Shown here: positions 10,476-21,280 of the stretch, one piece after another
Position numbering within the stretch: the first letter of the stretch is position 1
Layout of the letters: every line of letters begins with the position of its first letter
DNA from: Polyangia bacterium
GTDB lineage: Bacteria > Myxococcota_A > Polyangia > JAAYKL01
DNA length: 63,391 bases
NCBI GenBank assembly: GCA_050287845.1
Contig: JBNKCR010000091.1
Coordinates: forward strand, 1 to 63,391
Direction of reading: 5' to 3'
Translations under genes and position numbers: made by a program
The notes under the pieces: model-generated
Seen by the model: the letters and a program-made list of their open reading frames with translations, nothing else
Database searches by the model: none
What the model was told of the DNA's origin: nothing

Positions 10476-12596
10476 TTATTCAAAATAGATGTTGTCGATT
10501 TGGACGACAATCTGTTCTGTGTCGGTGGTCATTTCGCCGCTGAGGTCCACCGTGGGAAACAGCTGAATGCCCAGTCCATTGAAGCTGGAGAGAACCTCGT
10601 TGCGCACTTCGCTGTCACTCTTGTCCCAACCGTCTCCTTCTGGCCAGGCGTCTCTGGCCCACTGCGGATAGAGTAAATCCGACAGATTGATGTAAAAGTA
10701 TTGGGGGTCGGTGGTCAGGGAGAAATCCTGGCAGAATGATTCGTAAATGTTGCCGTACTCCTGATATGCCGGACTGTTGAATTCCATTCGCATCTGAGCG
10801 TTCTGTGCGGATCGGGCGCTGAACCACATCCGTTGATATTTTGTGATATCGATTGGTGCAGGGGTTGCAAAATAAACGATGGCCCACTCAGACCAGCCGC
10901 CGGGGGTACTCGCAAACGCCGCCGTGATCATGAGGTCTCCATCTCCCAGGATGGGGGAATCGGTGTGCCATTGGAGACTGATGTCTGTCCCCTCCGATGC
11001 ATACGGATACATGGAACTGGTGAGTTCGTCTTCGGTGCCGGATTCAAATTCGAAATTGTTGATGATGTCCGGACGAAGCGGACCCGCCTCGATGGGCACC
11101 GTCAGTGTCGATTCATCGAGATGCTCAATGGCGATCTCTTCAGTGAGTCCTTCGTCAAGATGTTCCTGAAAATCTGCAATGGCGTTTTTCATCGCTGCTC
11201 TGAGTGCCGCAACATCGGATTGCCACTGGTTTTCATCCACCAGTGGATCTTCCGCGATGGTCTCTTCAATTTGACTGGCCCATGCCGTGATCTTCGCGTT
11301 TGTGTTGTCGTAGGAAAAAACGTTCTGCAACAGTTCATTTCCCACAGCGACAAATTCATTCCATTGGGTCTGTGCCAGCATATCCACAAAATGGTCGCAG
11401 CGGGGAGGCGTGATCAGGGGTTCCTCTGCGGTACAGACTTTTCGGGGATCGCAGTTGAGGGGTGTTTCATTCCAGTCGGGAACCGGGAGCGCATCGCACC
11501 ATCCTCCGGGATCCATGTAGATGTCAAATTCCTGAATGGTATTGTCCAAATCCCAGGGGACCAGATGAAACAGATTTGAAGGTCCGTTGTCGTGATACCA
11601 GTAAAAATTATGAGATGTTTCAGCGGCGTAAAACCCCATAATACCATCCCAGTTTTTAATGGCGCGATCCACCGCCAGATAGCGGACCAGATTGTCGAGA
11701 TTCAGCACACCCGGCATGCTCGATTTAAAGTCGTCCGGGGTTGTTTGCGCGATCAGATCTTTGAACTGCAGAAAATCGGAGACATCCGGATTGTTTTCCG
11801 GATCGTCGTTGGTTCGCAGCTGTGCCAGCGCCCAGTCTTCATCCACGGTGGGACTGGGCCAGATTTCCTTGTACAGATTGCCATCGCCTCCCTCGGGAAA
11901 GTGGTAATGGGTAAACCGGCCGTCCACGTTTTCCACCGCGATATACAGACCGGATATCACGCCGTTTACGATTAATCGGGCATGGGCCGTTCGAGGCGCA
12001 GCCACTCCGAAATCGTTGAACAGGCTGTAGCTCAGGCGATCCCGAAGTTTGCTGGCATCTCCCATCATGCTGTGAAGATTCAGCCGTTTCAGTCCATATA
12101 GCCGTGCCTTGTCGTCGTATTTGTTGAATTTCAGTTTTACCGACAGTCGAGCGCAACTTCCGTCGTAACTGCGAACGCCGTCGAAGTCGTCCCAGCAGTG
12201 GTGCAGCGACCAGGCACCTTTGTATCGCACCCCCACCTGGTCGAACGTCTGATCCACACCATCGCCCACCACCCGGAGGGTTGCGGATTTATATTCTTCT
12301 TCATTGCCATGTTCGTCCAGATCGTTCAGGTCATCCGGATGAATGGTGATTTCATAAGTGAGCAACTTGTCCTCTGCAAATACCGTCTGATTCTGGATTG
12401 CAAAGGTGGCCTCTTCCGTCGCTGTGTCCTGCGTATCCGCACCGGAATCTGAACCGGTGTCAGTCGTTGAGGACGTATCATCCGAGTCCCCTTTAACGTC
12501 GCCGGTTTTTTTATTGGCAGAGCAGCTGCCCAATGACAGCAGGACAGCGGTGAATATCATCACAGGCATCAAGGTTATCTGGTGTTCCGGTTTCAT
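10476..12596 (-). CDS. CotH kinase-family lipoprotein with C-terminal carbohydrate-binding-like domain
   Basis: VGVRYKG.WS, KLKFNK, GLKRLNL, APRTAHA, GLY..VENVD, GNLYK, NWD, HNFYWY, PWDLDN; ATG at 12596 with AAGAGGA RBS. Confidence 0.85.
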   Translation of the reverse strand: MKPEHQITLMPVMIFTAVLLSLGSCSANKKTGDVKGDSDDTSSTTDTGSDSGADTQDTATEEATFAIQNQTVFAEDKLLTYEITIHPDDLNDLDEHGNEEEYKSATLRVVGDGVDQTFDQVGVRYKGAWSLHHCWDDFDGVRSYDGSCARLSVKLKFNKYDDKARLYGLKRLNLHSMMGDASKLRDRLSYSLFNDFGVAAPRTAHARLIVNGVISGLYIAVENVDGRFTHYHFPEGGDGNLYKEIWPSPTVDEDWALAQLRTNDDPENNPDVSDFLQFKDLIAQTTPDDFKSSMPGVLNLDNLVRYLAVDRAIKNWDGIMGFYAAETSHNFYWYHDNGPSNLFHLVPWDLDNTIQEFDIYMDPGGWCDALPVPDWNETPLNCDPRKVCTAEEPLITPPRCDHFVDMLAQTQWNEFVAVGNELLQNVFSYDNTNAKITAWASQIEETIAEDPLVDENQWQSDVAALRAAMKNAIADFQEHLDEGLTEEIAIEHLDESTLTVPIEAGPLRPDIINNFEFESGTEDELTSSMYPYASEGTDISLQWHTDSPILGDGDLMITAAFASTPGGWSEWAIVYFATPAPIDITKYQRMWFSARSAQNAQMRMEFNSPAYQEYGNIYESFCQDFSLTTDPQYFYINLSDLLYPQWARDAWPEGDGWDKSDSEVRNEVLSSFNGLGIQLFPTVDLSGEMTTDTEQIVVQIDNIYFE

Positions 12597-12732
12597 ACAG
12601 GTTTCCTCTTTTTTACAACGTCCCGTATTTATCCTCGGCCGGGTCATTGTGTCACAAATGAAGTGGGTGGATCTCCGGGAAACAGCTCAATATGGGCGTC
12701 ATGATTCAGGTGGAAAATTTTGTGGACATATT

Positions 12733-15700
12733 TTACTTTTTGAGAATTTCTGCCGTGCAGGAAATGGGTTGGTAGTTTTCGTGGGCGCCATTGACCGAGA
12801 AGATGAGATGGGTAAATTTTGCGCGCTGGTTTTTCAGAAAATCCGATACCTTCATCTCTTTGAGCGCGCCGGTGTACAGGGTTTGCCACGAACCGTAAGC
12901 GGTGCGTCCGTGAATGGTGACAGATTGGCAACTGCCACCTGTGGCGCGGAACGACACCGTATCGATATCTTTAAATTCCGCTATCGCTACCCGCGGTGAG
13001 CTTCCACCGCCCTTTCGGCGTCCCGTTCCGTTGTTGGTGGCAGTGGCGATTTTCTTCGCTGCGGACGCGGATGGTGTGCCTGCGGAGGCGCCGGATGCGG
13101 CAGATGCGGATGATTTGTAAATGCCCAGTTCGCAGGAGAGCCGTTCGTACCGTTCGTGGGCGCCGTTGACTGAGAAAATAATGTGGGTGAACTGAGCGCG
13201 CTGATTTCCCAGAAACTGGGATACTTTCATGTCCTTCGGTGCGCCTTTGTAAAGTGTTCGCCACGATCCGTACCTGGTGCGGCCGTGAATCGCCACATAC
13301 GAGGCTTTCCCACTTTTTACTTTAAAGGATACGCTGTCGTTGTCTGCCAGATTCTGAACGGGCACCCAGATCAGTTTTCCGCCGGTTTTCCGTTGACCGG
13401 TGCCCAGATTGGTGGCTACGCCAATTTCTTCTCCGTTGAGCGGGTCTGCGGTTGCAACTGCACCGCCACCCGCTGAAGAGCCCGATGATGCGGTGGACGC
13501 TGCCCCATTGCTGCCTGCGGATGAACCGGCAGCATCGGTGCTGCTGGCTCCACCCGCACCCCTGACCCCAACTTTTTCGTCCTTTTTCTTCAGCGCTTCG
13601 GGTTGCTCTCTGTCATACATTGCCGCCACTTCCGTGGCACTCAGGGCGCGGGCATAAATGCGGATATCATCGAGGTCGCCATCGAATCGCCAGCCCCCCC
13701 ATCCGGATTTGTCGTACTTTGGACTGCCGCCGCCGATGCGTCCGAGACCTTCGTAAAACGCGCGTGGTGTATTGCCTTTGCTACTCGTCACCTGCTTCCC
13801 ATCCACATATACGCGCTGCATTCCCCGGGCATCCACGGTATGCACCAGATGAAAGTACTCACCGGCGGGTACCTGTACTTGCAGCGTGTTGCTCCCGAAT
13901 GCGTTTACATCAACGGTTGCTGTTTTTTTCTCAAAGTTGATGTCGTGTACAAAGAGATCCACACTGTTGCGCGATTGATCACCCAGGTGAATAATCTGGT
14001 GATAGCTGCCCATCGCCCCGCGTTTATCGGTTCTTACCCAGCCAGCAAAGGAAATTCCCCGGATGGGAACCTCCCGGTGCAGTGTAAAGGAAACATGGGC
14101 ACTGTTCGAATCACTGAAATGCAGCGCCCGGCGGGACGCACTGTTGCGGTCCGCTGTGAAATCAGAGTGGCCGTTGTACGCCTGGCCCGTTCCGTCGTTG
14201 AACATCACGCTGGCACCAAGACCACTGTCGTCTGTCAGCTTTCCACTGAAATCAAACTGGGCCGCCAGTCCATCTTCTTTCAGTTTCATGGCATTCGGAT
14301 TGTTGTATTCGTCACATTCTGCCGGATCAATATCTTCGTCGGCTATGGGCCGATCCACAGCGGCGCCCCTGTACAGCCTTCCCAGCTCATTGTCCGTGAG
14401 CACCCGGGAATAGAAGGCCACATTGTCTATGGCCCCAATCAGTCCACTCCCCAGTACCCACGGCTTTGAGTATGTGTCGCGGAACGTCGAACCGCCGGCA
14501 TCCATCGTGGCATCTTCTTCACCATTGATGTAGAATCGCCGTTGTCGTGAGTCGCTGATGTAGGCGAAAAATATCCATTCATTCTGATCGATTGATTTTT
14601 TCCCTGTTGCGGAAAAAGTCAGGTCAGTGGTCGGCGTGTACACCAGATTACCCCGGGAATTGAAACCGATAACGTTCCAGTTTTCTTTGCGCAGCAGTGA
14701 ATTGCCACTTTCCCGCCGAATCCATCCGACCATGGTGAATTTTTCGGTTTTATCGATGAATCCCGCGTTGCGGATTTCAACGCCATTTACATCCCAATCC
14801 TTTCTGAATTCAAGTCCACGTCCGGAAAGATGGCTGATAAATGATGCATTTCCCTGGATTTTTCCATGGTTTCCAGCGGGGCCCCGATCGTTTCCGTTGC
14901 CTTCGAATGGATACCACGCCAGCAGTCCTTCCGCGGAAATCGGTGCGCCTTCATCCCCGGTGAAAACCTCTGAATCCTTTTCGCCTCCTGTGAACCGGGC
15001 AAGTGGTTTGGAACCGCCGGACAGGGGATAAATATCCCCGGTACCGGTGATGCGACAGGGGCGGCCAAATATTTCGATTTTGCCTTCATACAGTCCGTCC
15101 GCATCGGCTTCCTGCTGTTTGAGCGCATTATAGTAGTAACCGTCGCTGATGAGACGTCCATTGGTATAGGTGAGGTAGTAGTCCACATTTTTATCATAGG
15201 CGTATTCATCCGCCAGAACCCGAAACGTCAGCTGCTCGCCGGATTCCAGTCGCTCCCACCAGGGACCGAGGGTGGCGGGGTCAATGAAATATCGCCCGGA
15301 CTGGCTCTTGTATACAAAATACACATAGTCAGCGTGGGCGCCGGTTCCCCGTTCCAGTCCCACATACGAAAGCTGAGTATTGCCCTGGGGAGGAGCGATG
15401 CCCGGAACGATGCGAACGATTTTCTTTTTGGCGATTTTAGGCTGCAGAAAATCCCGACGGATGGGACGGTCTCCCCAGCCGGGAACCCCGTTCAAATCCA
15501 GATGGCCGATATCGAAGTCATAGGCCACAATCATATCGTCTTTGGGATACAGTCGGAAATCCGTACGAGTCCATCCGGTGCTCTGCACTTTGACGGGGAT
15601 GTCAAATTTAACGGGGATGGTGTACGGCAGTTTCTTCAGGTTCACCCGTCCCACTTTCTTGACGTACTGGCTGTATCGGGTGCGGTACTTCTGAGTGAAC

Positions 15701-16854
15701 GTGTCTGCGTACGCCGATGCTGCCAGTCCCGCTTCGTCTCCGGCCACGGACTTACCGGCGCCGTAGGCGAGAAATGAGGTTTTATCGCCGAGTTCGCTGA
15801 TTTTGTTGAGGCCAAATGTTTCAATGGTTTCGTCCAGGGTGTTGATTTTTTCCACCAGACCATTGATGTCCTGAAACATGGAGAGGGGATTTCCAGTGAC
15901 ATCCACATTGATGGTGCCCTTGAGATTTCCCTTCCAGATAATGCGGGTTCTGTTGTCGATTTTGAGACTGTTCTCGTGAACCCCGATGCTGAAGTCAAAC
16001 ATTTTCACCGTGGGTTTGGTGTTCCGCTGACCGTCCATCACCAGCTGGGTGCCGAATGACGACACAATTTCATTCAGCTTTTTCAGATTCACGCCCACTT
16101 TGTATACACCGCCGGAAATGGTCTGATCAAAATCGCTGTCATCCAGTCGGGCCATGCCCAGTCGCACCATTTCCACCATATCCGGCTCACTGGTTTCCAC
16201 GATGATCGGCGCCGCCGGGTCTTCGAATACCATGTACAGATAATCCGCCCTGCGAGATGGAATTTTTACCGTCTGTTCGTATCGCAGCATGTAAACACCA
16301 TCGGGCATACGAATGGCGGGAATGTTTTTCACCACATTTATCGAACTGCTTTCCAATGCGCTTTTAAACTTCTTTTTGGCGTAGTCATCGACCATTGCCG
16401 GAGCGTCTCTGATTTCCACGTGGGAGAGGCGATAATTGTTGAGAATGAGTTTGCCGTTTTCAATCCGCGCGAAGATATGGGTGGTCTGGGAACCGCTGCC
16501 TCTGGCTTTCAGCCGGATGATGCCCCCTGAGGTATACAGGACATGCAGATGAGACGTGATGCGAAAATCTCCGTCCGCATCCACCTGAAACTGTTTGAGT
16601 TTAATTCTGGTCCGCCCGTCCACCGCAACGTGCTCGCCATATCCTGCGAGCAGCTGATTCAACTTCTTTGCATTGAACCCCACCACGTATTTTCCGGCGT
16701 CCGCGTACCAGTCCACATCAAAATCGCCGGCATTGAGTTCGCCGAATGCTTTTTCAAGAACAGTAAGCTGATTCCCGGCAGGCAGTGCCATTGCCGGATT
16801 ACACAGCAGGATGAACATCAGAAAGATTGCGGTTTTCAATATTCGTTGAATCAT
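12733..16854 (-). CDS. Secreted multidomain protein with two LamG/concanavalin-like domains and duplicated N- and C-terminal domains
   Basis: Signal peptide; LamG motifs GLLAWYPFEGN..D, YING, G.IDNVAFYSRVL and F.GDLDDIRIYARALS..EV; ATG 16854 with AAAGGA RBS. Confidence 0.8.
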   Translation of the reverse strand: MIQRILKTAIFLMFILLCNPAMALPAGNQLTVLEKAFGELNAGDFDVDWYADAGKYVVGFNAKKLNQLLAGYGEHVAVDGRTRIKLKQFQVDADGDFRITSHLHVLYTSGGIIRLKARGSGSQTTHIFARIENGKLILNNYRLSHVEIRDAPAMVDDYAKKKFKSALESSSINVVKNIPAIRMPDGVYMLRYEQTVKIPSRRADYLYMVFEDPAAPIIVETSEPDMVEMVRLGMARLDDSDFDQTISGGVYKVGVNLKKLNEIVSSFGTQLVMDGQRNTKPTVKMFDFSIGVHENSLKIDNRTRIIWKGNLKGTINVDVTGNPLSMFQDINGLVEKINTLDETIETFGLNKISELGDKTSFLAYGAGKSVAGDEAGLAASAYADTFTQKYRTRYSQYVKKVGRVNLKKLPYTIPVKFDIPVKVQSTGWTRTDFRLYPKDDMIVAYDFDIGHLDLNGVPGWGDRPIRRDFLQPKIAKKKIVRIVPGIAPPQGNTQLSYVGLERGTGAHADYVYFVYKSQSGRYFIDPATLGPWWERLESGEQLTFRVLADEYAYDKNVDYYLTYTNGRLISDGYYYNALKQQEADADGLYEGKIEIFGRPCRITGTGDIYPLSGGSKPLARFTGGEKDSEVFTGDEGAPISAEGLLAWYPFEGNGNDRGPAGNHGKIQGNASFISHLSGRGLEFRKDWDVNGVEIRNAGFIDKTEKFTMVGWIRRESGNSLLRKENWNVIGFNSRGNLVYTPTTDLTFSATGKKSIDQNEWIFFAYISDSRQRRFYINGEEDATMDAGGSTFRDTYSKPWVLGSGLIGAIDNVAFYSRVLTDNELGRLYRGAAVDRPIADEDIDPAECDEYNNPNAMKLKEDGLAAQFDFSGKLTDDSGLGASVMFNDGTGQAYNGHSDFTADRNSASRRALHFSDSNSAHVSFTLHREVPIRGISFAGWVRTDKRGAMGSYHQIIHLGDQSRNSVDLFVHDINFEKKTATVDVNAFGSNTLQVQVPAGEYFHLVHTVDARGMQRVYVDGKQVTSSKGNTPRAFYEGLGRIGGGSPKYDKSGWGGWRFDGDLDDIRIYARALSATEVAAMYDREQPEALKKKDEKVGVRGAGGASSTDAAGSSAGSNGAASTASSGSSAGGGAVATADPLNGEEIGVATNLGTGQRKTGGKLIWVPVQNLADNDSVSFKVKSGKASYVAIHGRTRYGSWRTLYKGAPKDMKVSQFLGNQRAQFTHIIFSVNGAHERYERLSCELGIYKSSASAASGASAGTPSASAAKKIATATNNGTGRRKGGGSSPRVAIAEFKDIDTVSFRATGGSCQSVTIHGRTAYGSWQTLYTGALKEMKVSDFLKNQRAKFTHLIFSVNGAHENYQPISCTAEILKK

Positions 16855-17269
16855 GTGGTGTCCTTTCTTTCGGTATCGGGGGCGTATCGCAAGCGTTTCA
16901 GGGATGTGTCGCATCCTGTCTGCACAATCTCCGGGAGCCAGTGTCGCGACGGAGCAGAGGACACATAAAAGATACCCGACGCAGCAGGGGGCGGCAACGA
17001 ATAATAACTGTATAATTGTATTTTTGTATTATATGTTCAATTTTTCCTATGGTTGTGATCCTGTGAAATTCATTTTGTCGACATAAATGACCGGGCCTTC
17101 GGTATCCCCGATGACGCAATCTTCCCGGTTTCACGATTGTTGATGCCGAAATAATCGGAATGTGCTACTTTTGACCTCATATTGCGTACAGGTCATTGTG
17201 GATGGCGTTGTCACTTTACTTCTTTGGAACGACGGAAATATTGTCATGACATATGCTTGTCTGATTCAT

Positions 17270-17409
17270 GTGATCATGTCGGTAATAATTACGGCGATTT
17301 TACGATACCTGCCAGCTGGTATCTGACCGATATCATCGCCGGCTTCGAAATCCGGGGCGGCTTCCCCGTTGGTTCCGGAGTGGAGAGGTTCACCGTTGCG
17401 GTGGATTGA
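17270..17409 (+). pseudogene. 3-prime remnant of a GH12 paralogue of the downstream gene
   Basis: Translates to ...WYLTDIIAGFEIRGGFPVGS.V.RF.V.V-stop, matching WYLTDVIAGFEIWGGAPTGSKVNSFRIEVQ-stop of 17451..19814. Confidence 0.8.
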
Positions 17410-17450
17410 CTGTTTTCGGATTTGCGTGTGTTGCATTTGGGAGACGTACA

Positions 17451-19814
17451 ATGAAACAAAACGCCTATTTTTTAATTTTTGTTCTGGCCGGAGCGGTGCT
17501 GGGCTGTAACCGTGTATCAGGGGTCGAAACGGACAGTGAAAGTGACACCGGGATGTTTTTATCGGATTCGGATACCGACACCGATTCCGATACGGATTCG
17601 GATATGGATTCTGACACAGATACCGATACCGATTCAGATTCAGATTCCGATACGGATACGGATGCTGATTCGGATAGCGACAGCGACAGTGATTCGGATG
17701 TTACTGAATCGAAGTGTGGCGACCCAACTCTGAATGCGTTTCGCATTGCAGAGGGCGGGTATGTCTGTGCCGGTTCCATGCATGGATACACCTGGACCAC
17801 AGCCGGTGAAATTGAGGGCGCAAAAATCGAACCGGAAGATTTCACGGATGTCGAAGCCGGTGCGAACGCGCTCTGTGTAATCGGGAAGACTGCGGTGGAT
17901 GAATTCGGGGAATCCATTGGCGCACTGGGGTTCAATGTGCAGCAGAACTGGCGGGAGTTAAATATGGACGCATGGATACCCGACTCGGACGACGAGGGGA
18001 TTGAAGTGACGGTTTACCGGGACGGCAGATTCGATTTGCAGATGCGATTCCTGACCAGCGATGGTGAGGAGTATTGCGCCAGTCCGATCCTGGAGGGGGT
18101 GACAACATTGCCCTGGAGTGCCTTTCATCAGGGGTGCCGGGAGTCGGGCGACGTATACGATGGGGAGCTTGGCATCAAGTCGATAATGCTTGTGGTTCCC
18201 GGGAATAAGACTGAAGTGGTCGCGTATGATGTGTGCCTTGAAAGTATCCTTCCGGTGGACGGGATTGAGTACAATCCCTCAGACTCGGATTCAGACTCAG
18301 ATTCGGATTCAGACAGTGACTCGGATTCGGACAGTGATTCGGATTCGGACAGTGATTCGGATTCAGATGTGACAGACAATGGGTATATCTATACCGACGA
18401 GTGGTATGGCTGTTCGTGGACCCGTGCGGATAGTTTGAAAATTGGGGACGAGATTGACGGAGATATCCTGGAAGCTGCTACCACGGTATCGCCCCGGGAT
18501 TTTCTGAGCAGAAAGGTGTCCGAAAAGTTTTGTGTCAATGGCGCGGTGGGAGATTCGGCGGATGCTGTGGCGATGCTTGGTTTCAATATTCACCAGGAGG
18601 GTGACAATATCAGTTGCGCCTATGACCCGGACAATTTCACCTCCGAAGGGCCACCCGCCGTTGAAATCAGAGAGTCCGGCATTGCGGTAAACATCACCAA
18701 CAGTTTTCCTGAAACGGAGGTCCGGATATGGATTCAGACATCAGAAGGCAATCTCGATGCGAACGAACGCTGGTGCCATGAACTGAACGTGGCCACCCCG
18801 GATGCGGCCGGCGGCATGCTGGTGTTTGCCCCTTATTCGGAATTCAGAACCAGATGCTGGGAGGGGGATGAAACGGTGGACGACTGGACCGGGGAGTATT
18901 ATCAGAATCAGCCCATCTCTTCCGTGATGTTCGGGGTGGTTGGAAATCCTGACACGACCACCGGGTATCATTTCTGCATTGCGGGGTTCGCCGAGGGGAA
19001 TTCGAAGGATGACGCCCCTCAGGGGATTGAGGATGTCCCGAGAAAGTTTGAAGGCACCCTCGGCGGTGATACGGAGGAGGTTCCCAATCGGATACTGGTC
19101 GTTGTTGATGGCGAAGAATATCTGATTGACAACAATTATTGGGGGGCATCCAGCGGATATCAGACGCTGCATTACGAAGATAACAGTTTTGAAATTATAT
19201 ATTTCAGCGGTGATTCTCAGAGCAAAGACGTACCGGTTTCATTTCCGTCCATCTATATTGGACAACACGACAACCGGGCGCTGACGACCGCCAGAACAGA
19301 TAACCTGCCCATCTCCATCAGCAGCATGTCCAGCGCACCGAGTACATTCTCCTGGAACGGTACGGACCTCGCGAGCAGCGCGGTGGTGATTGATACCTGG
19401 TTTTCCTCGGAAGACCCACCGTATGAGGGCATGGAGTACGGGGAACCGATAACGGGTGAGGCAGTCATCTGGCTGCACATACCGGATGGCCGGGAACCTG
19501 TTGGCGAGCTTTCGGGAACGGCCACCTTCTGTGGTCATCCCTTCGATGTGTGGGCGGGAAATCTGGGGAGCTCTGTCAATTACCCCCATTTGTCGTCCAA
19601 TAGACCGGTCGTTACATATGTAACCCGGGAGGGCGATATTGAGTTGTTCAACTGCGACCTCAGGGAAATGTTCGATGACGTCACCGGCAACATGTATGGC
19701 GGCTATGCCATTCTCAGCGAATGGTATCTCACCGATGTCATCGCCGGATTTGAAATCTGGGGGGGCGCCCCCACAGGGTCGAAGGTGAATTCGTTCCGCA
19801 TTGAGGTGCAGTAG
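17451..19814 (+). CDS. Lipoprotein with two DS/DT linkers, two Cys-containing repeat domains and a C-terminal GH12 endoglucanase-like domain
   Basis: Lipobox AVLG-C; GH12-like motifs YLIDNNYWG, SFPSIY.G, DTW, E.VIWL and AGFEIW (both catalytic Glu positions present). Confidence 0.75.
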   Translation: MKQNAYFLIFVLAGAVLGCNRVSGVETDSESDTGMFLSDSDTDTDSDTDSDMDSDTDTDTDSDSDSDTDTDADSDSDSDSDSDVTESKCGDPTLNAFRIAEGGYVCAGSMHGYTWTTAGEIEGAKIEPEDFTDVEAGANALCVIGKTAVDEFGESIGALGFNVQQNWRELNMDAWIPDSDDEGIEVTVYRDGRFDLQMRFLTSDGEEYCASPILEGVTTLPWSAFHQGCRESGDVYDGELGIKSIMLVVPGNKTEVVAYDVCLESILPVDGIEYNPSDSDSDSDSDSDSDSDSDSDSDSDSDSDSDVTDNGYIYTDEWYGCSWTRADSLKIGDEIDGDILEAATTVSPRDFLSRKVSEKFCVNGAVGDSADAVAMLGFNIHQEGDNISCAYDPDNFTSEGPPAVEIRESGIAVNITNSFPETEVRIWIQTSEGNLDANERWCHELNVATPDAAGGMLVFAPYSEFRTRCWEGDETVDDWTGEYYQNQPISSVMFGVVGNPDTTTGYHFCIAGFAEGNSKDDAPQGIEDVPRKFEGTLGGDTEEVPNRILVVVDGEEYLIDNNYWGASSGYQTLHYEDNSFEIIYFSGDSQSKDVPVSFPSIYIGQHDNRALTTARTDNLPISISSMSSAPSTFSWNGTDLASSAVVIDTWFSSEDPPYEGMEYGEPITGEAVIWLHIPDGREPVGELSGTATFCGHPFDVWAGNLGSSVNYPHLSSNRPVVTYVTREGDIELFNCDLREMFDDVTGNMYGGYAILSEWYLTDVIAGFEIWGGAPTGSKVNSFRIEVQ
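17562..17699 (+). repeat. In-frame (DS/DT)n repeat
   Basis: GAY-TCN/ACN/AGY alternation. Confidence 0.95.
18279..18368 (+). repeat. In-frame (SD)n repeat
   Basis: TCRGAY/AGTGAY tandem units. Confidence 0.95.
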
Positions 19815-19832
19815 TGGGTGAAATTTTCGGTG

Positions 19833-21212
19833 TCAATTCAATCTGAACAGGCCCAGCAATTCCACGTGTGATGTGTGGGGGAGCATGTCGTAGGCGGCAA
19901 TATCTTCGAGAACATATCCGGCATCCCGCAGGGCTTTCGCATCTCTGGCAAAAGAGACGGGGTTGCAACTCATATAAATGAGTCTGGGAATTTGGCTGGT
20001 ACAGAGTTTATTCAGAGTGACCGCATCAACTCCCCGGCGGGGCGGGTTGACGATGGCTGCATCACAGGGCGCCCAGGATTCCGGGAAGGCGTTGCTTAAA
20101 TCAACTGTGTCGAACGAGGCGTTCACCCCGTTGTGTTTCGCGTTCTGATTGGCCAGAGCTACCGATGCATCAATGCCGTCACATCCAAATACCCTCGCAC
20201 CGGTTGCGTTTGCCACGGTCAGTCCCAGTCCGCCGATGCCGCAATACAGGTCCCACACACAAGCTGCGCCCGTGCACCATTCTGTTGCTTTCCGGTACAT
20301 GCGGATGGCCATCTCGTTGTTCAATTGAAAAAACGTGGTGGCGGTCATCCACAGCTGAATGTCACCAACCTTCTCGCACAGTGCCTCTTTGCCAAGGATG
20401 AGGCGAGGGCCATCCTTTCGAAGCTGATTTCCAGTGGATGAATTGGCGGTGACAGATACGCCGTGCACCATGGAGTGGTCCAGGAGCAGGGTGGCCATTG
20501 ATTTGATTTCTTCGGTCATCTCCCCGGCGACCAGGTCCAGCAGTGCGGCCCCCGAAGAAAACGTTTTTACCGTGACATATCGAATCCCCGCGGGGGCCGG
20601 GTGAACCGATACGTTGTTCTGTTCGAGCAGTTGTTCAATATCCCGCTGCAACCGGGTGATGGGCGCTGCGTTGATGGCGCAGTCGGTCATGGTGGCAAAG
20701 CGGTGAGAGCGGGGCGCAAACGAACCGAGCCGGATTTGCCCTTTTTTCATCCGGTGAATCACAAAGTTCGATTTATTCCGGTACTTCCGCATCGACCCGG
20801 TAGCCATGGTTTCCGGCGCCGGAACGATACCTGACTGTGCAAACGCCTGCGCGATGGACTGAAGCTTGAGTTCCCGATACGCATCCGCTGTCAGATGCCC
20901 CAGTGGGCAGCCGCCACATCGGCCCCGGGCCTGTGCCGCATCCTCGCAGAAATGACGTTTCCAGTTGTCCCCCCGGTGGGGTTCTTCAACGAGGTGCGCC
21001 CAGGCGTTCATCGACTGTCGGCTCACATGTTCGATTCGGACCCGGGCCCTGTCTCCGGGGGACATGTGGGGGACAAAGACACTGTAGCCGTTTGCCGTGG
21101 CCGTGCCGAATCCTTCCACCGTTGCGCCCTCGATGTGGACATCGATTGTCATTCCGTTTTTAAGTATCGGTTTTATATCTTCGGTTTTTGATTTATCTGG
21201 CGAATTCTGCAT
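19833..21212 (-). CDS. rlmD: 23S rRNA (uracil-C5)-methyltransferase, RlmD/TrmA family
   Basis: TRAM-like N-terminus, CGGC, YRNK, FFQLN, DLYCGIG, NPPRRG, YMSCNP, DMLPHTSHVE. Confidence 0.88.
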   Translation of the reverse strand: MQNSPDKSKTEDIKPILKNGMTIDVHIEGATVEGFGTATANGYSVFVPHMSPGDRARVRIEHVSRQSMNAWAHLVEEPHRGDNWKRHFCEDAAQARGRCGGCPLGHLTADAYRELKLQSIAQAFAQSGIVPAPETMATGSMRKYRNKSNFVIHRMKKGQIRLGSFAPRSHRFATMTDCAINAAPITRLQRDIEQLLEQNNVSVHPAPAGIRYVTVKTFSSGAALLDLVAGEMTEEIKSMATLLLDHSMVHGVSVTANSSTGNQLRKDGPRLILGKEALCEKVGDIQLWMTATTFFQLNNEMAIRMYRKATEWCTGAACVWDLYCGIGGLGLTVANATGARVFGCDGIDASVALANQNAKHNGVNASFDTVDLSNAFPESWAPCDAAIVNPPRRGVDAVTLNKLCTSQIPRLIYMSCNPVSFARDAKALRDAGYVLEDIAAYDMLPHTSHVELLGLFRLN

Positions 21213-21280
21213 TTCAATTATCCCATAAAAGTTTCTTCTAACATGAACCGCCGCAACAGACGCACGAGAACGTGATATTT

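Noticed and set aside
17270..17409. Upstream copy of a gene 3-prime end as a DGR template repeat
   Set aside because: Differences are not adenine-specific, many are synonymous, and no reverse transcriptase is present in the window
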